NCBI RefSeq assembly: GCF_009914755.1
Contig: NC_060928.1
DNA length: 64,000 nucleotides
Strand: one strand, 5' to 3'
Origin: the human T2T-CHM13v2.0 reference genome, Homo sapiens
In this document: positions 57,671-64,000 of the stretch, in pieces
Position numbering within the stretch: the first letter of the stretch is position 1
Layout of the letters: each line of letters begins with the position of its first letter
Notes under the pieces: generated by a model
What the model was told of the DNA's origin: nothing
What the model saw: only the letters and a program-made list of their open reading frames with translations
The model's database searches: none
Program-made: the position numbers and the translations under genes

Positions 57671-60600
57671 TAGCTGAGATTGTAAATAATTTTTTTACTT
57701 ATATTTTTAAACTGCTTCTCTGGGTAACTGTGGTTACATCAGAGGAGAAAAACTAGTTTGTTCCAGGGACAGGAATGGGAAGGAAACTTGCCATCCATTG
57801 GAAACATCTTTGTACTTTTGGAATTGGTAAAATGTGCATCCATTAACTACTCTAATTATTTATTAGTTGTTTAGAAAATAAATAAATTTTATGAAAAATG
57901 TGGGGGAATTATCATTATTATTATTTTACAACCAAACTAATTTTAGGAGCCCAATTATTTGTTCCACAAGCCAGAAGGGAAGCTTGAAAGTATCACAAGG
58001 AAAAACCATTCAGGATTCATTTGGGAGATTAGGGAGATCATGTCTCCCCAACTTTGCAAGAGTCACCAAATACTTTATCTTCTCTTATTCTGGCTATGCA
58101 TGGTTCAGTACTGTGCCCTGATGAGTTGAAACATTGAAAGCAATAGCACATGCTAAAATCACAAGGGTATTTTTTTTTCAAGTTAAAACATTTTAAATAA
58201 TCAATTTTAACTCGCCAGTAAGGAAAGCAAAAAATATAGCTCACCATGCTACTGTCTACTTCACTAAATTCACATAGTAGCTTAACTTTAAAGTACACTA
58301 AAGAGAAAATATGTTTAACATCCTAACAACAAAAAGGTAACTACATGACATATCAACCCCTATCCTCTGAAGAAAGTTGCTGTCTAATGGGGGATATGGA
58401 AGGGTATGGATGGTGTCCTAATTACATCATTCCCAAGTACAACGTAAACATTGTATAATATTTTTCATTATTTCATCTAGATGTTTTACTTGGTCTTATT
58501 CTTAGGCAACTGGTTTTCAAGATAGCACTCTTATGAACTGTCTGCCCTGGAGTGGGATCAGTGACCTCCTAGAGAGAGCAACAACTGAGGAAGTAAAGGA
58601 TTCCAAGCCTGCCAGCTGATCATCTCAATTTAAAGCAAAACAGAGAAGAAAATGGGTAACAATTTCCAAAAACGAAAGGCCAGTCCAGGCTAGGGGCATA
58701 ACGCATACCACCTCCTACCCAGCAACTCTGAAACACGGAAAAGAAAGACACATGTTTTTGTTTTCCCAAAGCAGGCTCAGGTGGAGTTCCAGAAAAAGTT
58801 TTCATGTTCTTGTTGCCTCCTCACAGGCCTACTGCCCTGTTAGTAGAGAAAGACAGTCTCTCTCTTTACTTTTTATCCCCTTTTACTTTATTAAGCCCAG
58901 TGGGATAATATTCATTTGAGCACACACCGCTTCTCATATCCTAAACCTAACTTCTCTAATGTCTCCAAGGACAAAAATTCTCTTACTTTTCTCTTTCTCC
59001 TAACTCCATGCCCTGGCTCCCTCTCAGGTTCTCCCTCTGTGGTAACCATGGGTCCTGTCCACACAGGGTGTTCCAGACTCTGTCCTCTGAGGAAATTCTT
59101 AACAACAGGATTTTTAAATCCTAAGGTGCCAAAAGAGAAGAGGAAAGAAACGACAGACAACAGGTGTAGAGGATTAGACTTTATTCAAGAAGGCATGGGA
59201 TGCTCCTCCTTGGCAACTCACAGGAGTTAATGACCTGCCTTAGCAGCTGGAAGTCAGTGCCAGAGAAATGTGGATTCTAAAAAAGAATCCAGTAATTGAG
59301 AGGTGGGATGATGATTCACAGAAAGTGGTGGTAATAAGAGGAATTTTCTAGAATTTTCCCTCCAGTGCACCTCCTGAGAGACAAGTAATGGAAATATTTA
59401 ACCAGCTCCAAGCCCTTGTTACTTTCAATTTATTGTGTGTGACTAAAGATTCATAAGGAGAAAAGGGCTAGTGAGGGCCATACAGGATTTAAGGTTGGTG
59501 AGAGAAAAGGAAGGTTGGGAATATATGAGGGGTGAGAAAAGAAAGAATCAGAATGTCTTTTCTCCTGCTGACAATAATGATGTTCAAACTCCTGAAGAAT
59601 CTGCGAGCTTCTCCTCTCAGCGTCTTCCCACCAGCTCCCCAGCCTCAGCCTAAGTGGGAGTGGGAGGGGGCAGGTGTCAGGGAACAGCAGGGCAGGGTCC
59701 ACAGGCAGCCCGAGGGCATTGGATGCCTTTTTCCCAGGGAGTCCAAGTGACCTCTGTTTCACACACAATGGAAAGGAACCCAGTGGGCAGTTTTCCAGGG
59801 AACAAAGAAGTTAAAACCACACGCACCTTCCCTCCTCAATTTCTACATTTAGAAGAAGTCATTCTATTCCCTGTGATGACTTCTTTCCAGGTCAGTAAAA
59901 GGTCTCCTCTGTAAAATGGAAAAGGTTACTATTTCATCTCATGTGAGCTTAGAATAATTCTGAATGGTAGGAAATACAATTTCACCCTCTTTTTGCAAAT
60001 GTGTTTGCCCACAAAGAAACCAGTTTTACTGTTCAACTGTTTACATGTATTAACAACATCTCATTTTTAAAGAAAGACAAAGAAATTGTTCTAGTCCACA
60101 TTAGATTTTATTTAAACCTTGCTAGGAATAGCAAGTTACTCGAGAGTAAAGTACAGATTTGATATAAAAATGGTTAAAAAGGAGCTCCCAACTTGAGCCC
60201 AAGTAAGAGGGGAGAAATGAGAATATGTCCCTCCAGAAAGATGAGCCAAACTGGCAGGAGTGTCCTACCATTGAAGAAAGCCTGGAGCACAGGGAGTGTC
60301 TTCCGTCTCAAGTATAACAATATTTTTCACAGATACTACTGTTTTCCCACTGAGACCTGTAAAGAAAAGAAGTGGGAGCTCTCAGAGCAGCATGTTAAAA
60401 AAAGCAAATTAAAACTTTTCAAATGATCAGACTGAACAGGTGACACCAGAAGACTAGAGCTCCTGTGGCCAAGTGCAGAGACACGGCCAGCTTCCTGGGC
60501 CCCCAATTTCTAAGGGGCACCAACCCCCCACCCCACCACTGAGAATATCCCAAAAAGGAAAAGGTTTTACCTGCCAGATGGCATCTCAGGAAGCATACAG

Positions 60601-61084
60601 GATAGGGGTAAACAGGTAAACCCCAGTTTGCAGGGAATGCAGTGAAACTCACAAAGGGCATGTTTGAGTGACAGCCCTGCTCAAGGGAAGGTGACTGTGA
60701 CTGCAGAGCTTCGTTTGTGGATTGTTTCAGATACATGTAGAGTCAGAGTTAAATTGCCTTAAATAAGAAAGGAAAGTTTGAGCCCCACTCCTTCTTTTTC
60801 ATCCTTCCCAAATACCACCCTACAAGACTCAGCCTCCCCTCTAAATAAGCATAGCCTAAATATTTCTTGCTTAAGTATTCATTTAAAGGGGTAACAAATT
60901 AATAGTCAGCTTAAGCTTCCCACATGAGTTCGTATTATCCTAATCAAAGACATTAGTGCTTTAGAAGAGTCAGGCCCAATGTTCAACATTCCACAAGTAC
61001 TTACAGACAGAGAAAGAGAGAGCAAAGTGGGGGGGAGAGAAGAAGAGGAAAGGTAGAAAGGAAGGCCAGGAGGGAAGGAAGGAG

Positions 61085-61235
61085 GGAGAATTCAAAGTTG
61101 ACTCTAAGGTTTTGGGTCTGAGACACTGGAAAGATGCAGTTGCCATCAACTGAAATGGAAAAAATAATTAAGTAAGGCAGGTTTGAGAAGACAAGTAGTT
61201 CCATCTTGGATGTGTTGAATTGGAGATGTCAGGAC
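61085..61235 (-). mobile_element. L2 fragment (antisense)
   Basis: GACTCTAAGGTTTTGGGTCTGAGACACTGGAAAGATGCAGTTGCCATCAACTGAAATGG...TTGGATGTGTTGAATTGGAGATG. Confidence 0.7.
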
Positions 61236-61267
61236 AGTCACCAAAAGAGCCTGAGAAGGCAGCTAGA

Positions 61268-61552
61268 AGCCTCAAACTTAACGTGTTCAGAACCAAACTC
61301 TTGCATTCATTATTTCTCATTCACCATCCAAAGCATGTCTTTGCCGTCTTCCATTGCTCAGACATGACAATTCTACTCAACTAGTTGCTCAGGCCAAAGA
61401 CCTTCAAGTCATCCTGGACTCCCTCTTTCTGTCACATACCACACCTAATCATCTAAAAATATTATCAGAGCTACTTTGTAATGTATTCAGAATCTAATTG
61501 CTTCTCATTTCCTTCAATGCCACTATTTCACTCCAAACCACCATCATCTTTT
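61268..61552 (+). mobile_element. L2 fragment (sense)
   Basis: CCTCAAACTTAACGTGTTCAGAACCAAACTC...AGTTGCTCAGGCCAAAGACCTT...GTCATCCTGGACTCC...CCAAACCACCATCATCT. Confidence 0.7.
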
Positions 61553-61689
61553 AGCTATTAAAATTAATATTAGGCTAAAACCAACATTAAATGAGCTCCA
61601 GGGATAAACAGTAAATGTGATATTTGATCTCAAAGATTACTATTTTACCTTTATTATTTAAAAATCTAGTAGTCAAATTTTTAAAGTTT

Positions 61690-63110
61690 GATATATAATA
61701 CAAGAATAATAATTTGTTAGCACTGGTAGAGTGCTCTTGTAGTCACTACAGTGTACATTTACAATCCCGAAGGGATCTCACTTTGAGCTGAGTGTGATTG
61801 ACAAACAAAGTAATTTGAAAGCAAGTGTTTCCATTGTAGGCACTGCGATACTGACATCACCACTAAGGCTTTCCTTCCTTTCTAATAGTAGCTCACATGG
61901 TTAGAGATTTATCTCCTCCTCCACTCTTGGGTTTAATAGCTTGGTTTATAGTAGTGATACATGTCATTGAACCCATCCTGCAAACTCTGGATATTGTTTG
62001 AAGAAGATGTTTTTGGACCATTTTCATAAGGGTGTTGCTCTTGCTGATATCTGATATTTCTAATATTTTTGCATGAGTTTACTGTTTCACACAATCTGTT
62101 TTTAAAAACCTGTCCTTAAACCTTGGATCTAGAAATGTGGCAATAGGACAAGGCAATTTTCTTTCAAAATAACAAAGTTAGCTCTGACTTTTCATCTGCA
62201 TCTCAGTTTTTACCGCATGAACACCCATCTCAGCACCTTCTCTGTAGTCAAATGTTAGAGGACAATGTACGGTATCATGTAAGAAATATTTGCACGTGCA
62301 AGATATTTCAGATTAATAATTTCCTCAGTGAGCTCCAAAAGCAAACTACTTTCTGGTCAAACAAACCATTGGCTGTTAGTAAATCCTGTTGTGTTGATAT
62401 TTTTGTCCATCAAATATAACATTAAACCTTTATTTTGTTCAAGTAGCCTTTTCAACATGTATAGTTACTATCCCATCCTATTGGAACACCTTGATAAGTC
62501 CTTGACAAGATAGTTCAAAAATTTCTTGAAGGTCATAAAACTTGCTTTGGCTGAAGAAGAATGTCGACAGTGACCCACTCTCTCCTCCTTAGGGCTTAAT
62601 AATCTTGTTATATTCTTCTGTGCTATAATTACTTTCTGAACACACAACTAAAGGATGTGAACAAAATACTGATTGTGGTACCTAAATTACACATAGCCTT
62701 CACTATGTTTGTTCTATTGTCAATATCAGATATGTAACAATTTTTTTCTCTATTCGATAAACATTTCTTCAATCAGATTCACTCTGTTGTTCACCATAAG
62801 GGACCCAACATCTCTCGGCAAACTAGTAAACAGGAACAGAGTTGAATTTATCATTAATCCACCAGGAAGTCATACCTTAAAAAAAAAGACATCTGGTTGT
62901 CTCTGCATGCCCAAATTTTTTATGTATAATTTACAAAACTAGTATATTTAATGATGTGACTGCCTTTGTGTTCAAGGGAGATTAGAATTCAGGAAGAAAT
63001 TTTTAGTATGTGTTTTTTAAAAGGAACTTTTATCTAAGATTCATGTGCATACCTCAAAAATTCTTCATCTTTAACTATTGAAAATTGTAGACAAGCTTTA
63101 ACAAATTTTG
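61690..63110 (-). mobile_element. Fossil hAT-superfamily transposase coding sequence (ZBED4/ZBED1-like), many frameshifts and stops
   Basis: Manual minus-strand translation across frameshifts gives, in the correct order: FSIVKDEEF (~63084-63058), IW..MTSWWINDKF, IDNRTNIVKAM (~62720), YFVHIL*LCVQ, VGHCRHSSSAK, LI-QGVPIGWDSNY, MLKRLLEQ (62458-62435), SQW, ISYMIP, ATFLDPRFK (62141-62115), PTMETLAFKLLC, KLLFL (~61710). Confidence 0.85.
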
Positions 63111-63116
63111 GGGGTG

Positions 63117-64000
63117 TTTTTTTTGCTTTTTTTAATTTTATTACTATTGTACTTTAAGTTTTAGGGTACATGTGCACAATGTGCCGGTTAGTTACATATG
63201 TATACATGTGCCATGCTGGTGTGCTGCACCCATTAACTGGTCATTTAGCATAGGCATATCTCCTAATGCTATCCCTCCCCCATCCCGCCACCCCACAACA
63301 GGCCCTGGAGTGTGCTGTTCCCTTTCCTGTGTCCATGTGTTCTCATTGTTCAATTCCCACCTATGAGTGAGAACATGCAGTGTTTGGTTCTCTGTCCTTG
63401 CGATAGTTTGCTGAGAATGAGGGTTTCCAGTTTCATCGATGTCCCTACAAAGGACATGAACTCATCATTTTTTATGGCTGCATAGTATTCCATGGTGTAT
63501 ATGTGCCACATTTTCTTAATCCAGTCTATCATTGTTGGACATTTGGGTTGGTTCCAAGTCTTTGCTATTGTGAATAGTGCCGCTATAAACATACGTGTGC
63601 ATGTGTCTTTATAGCAGCATGATTTATAATCCTTTGGGTATATACCCAGTAATGGGATGGCTGGGTCAAAAGTATTTCTAGTTCTAGATCCCTGAGGAAT
63701 CACCACACTGACTTCCACAATGGTTGAACTAATTTACGGTCCCACCAACAGTGTAAAAGTGTTCCTATTTCTCCACATCCTCTCTAGCACCTGTTCTTTC
63801 CTGACTTTTTAATGATCACCATTCTAACTGGTGTGAGATGGTATCTCATTGTGGTTTTGATTTGCATTTCTCCGATGGCCAGTGATGATGAGCATTTTTT
63901 CATGTGTCTTTTGGCTGCATGAATGTCTTGAGAAGTGTCTGTTCATATCCTTCACCCACTTTTTGATGGGGTTGTTTGTTTTTTTCTTGTAAATTTGTTT
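63117..64000 (-). mobile_element. Young L1PA (L1PA3-5-like) 3' end; continues beyond window end
   Basis: TTTAGGGTACATGTGCACAATGTGC...CCATGCTGGTGTGCTGCACCCATTAAC; ORF 63350-63718 [45 protein letters not shown]. Confidence 0.95.

Overview
Primate (human-like) non-coding genomic DNA, dominated by transposable elements. I recognise no intact protein-coding exon, RNA gene or CpG island. Most of the ORF-track entries are L1, Alu or Hsmar1 remnants, or translations of microsatellites. The window holds an old minus-strand L1 with a monomer-array 5'UTR (1-5558), a near full-length L1PB1-type element (28772-35814), about ten Alus, and MIR, L2, MaLR/ERVL LTR, MER2 and Tigger2 copies. Two things stand out. 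(1) An 11.3-kb nested structure at 41365-52680: a TSD-bounded old L1 carries, at the end of its 5'UTR, a retrocopy of a spliced KRAB-ZNF transcript (5' exon + 127-nt KRAB-A + 96-nt KRAB-B, no zinc fingers) joined to a younger L1PA. A ~7.1-kb internal inversion with deletions at both breakpoints later scrambled it. (2) A ~1.4-kb, heavily frameshifted fossil hAT (ZBED4/ZBED1-like) transposase on the minus strand at ~61690-63110, invisible in the ORF track. Repeat subfamily names come from remembered consensus features and were not computed.
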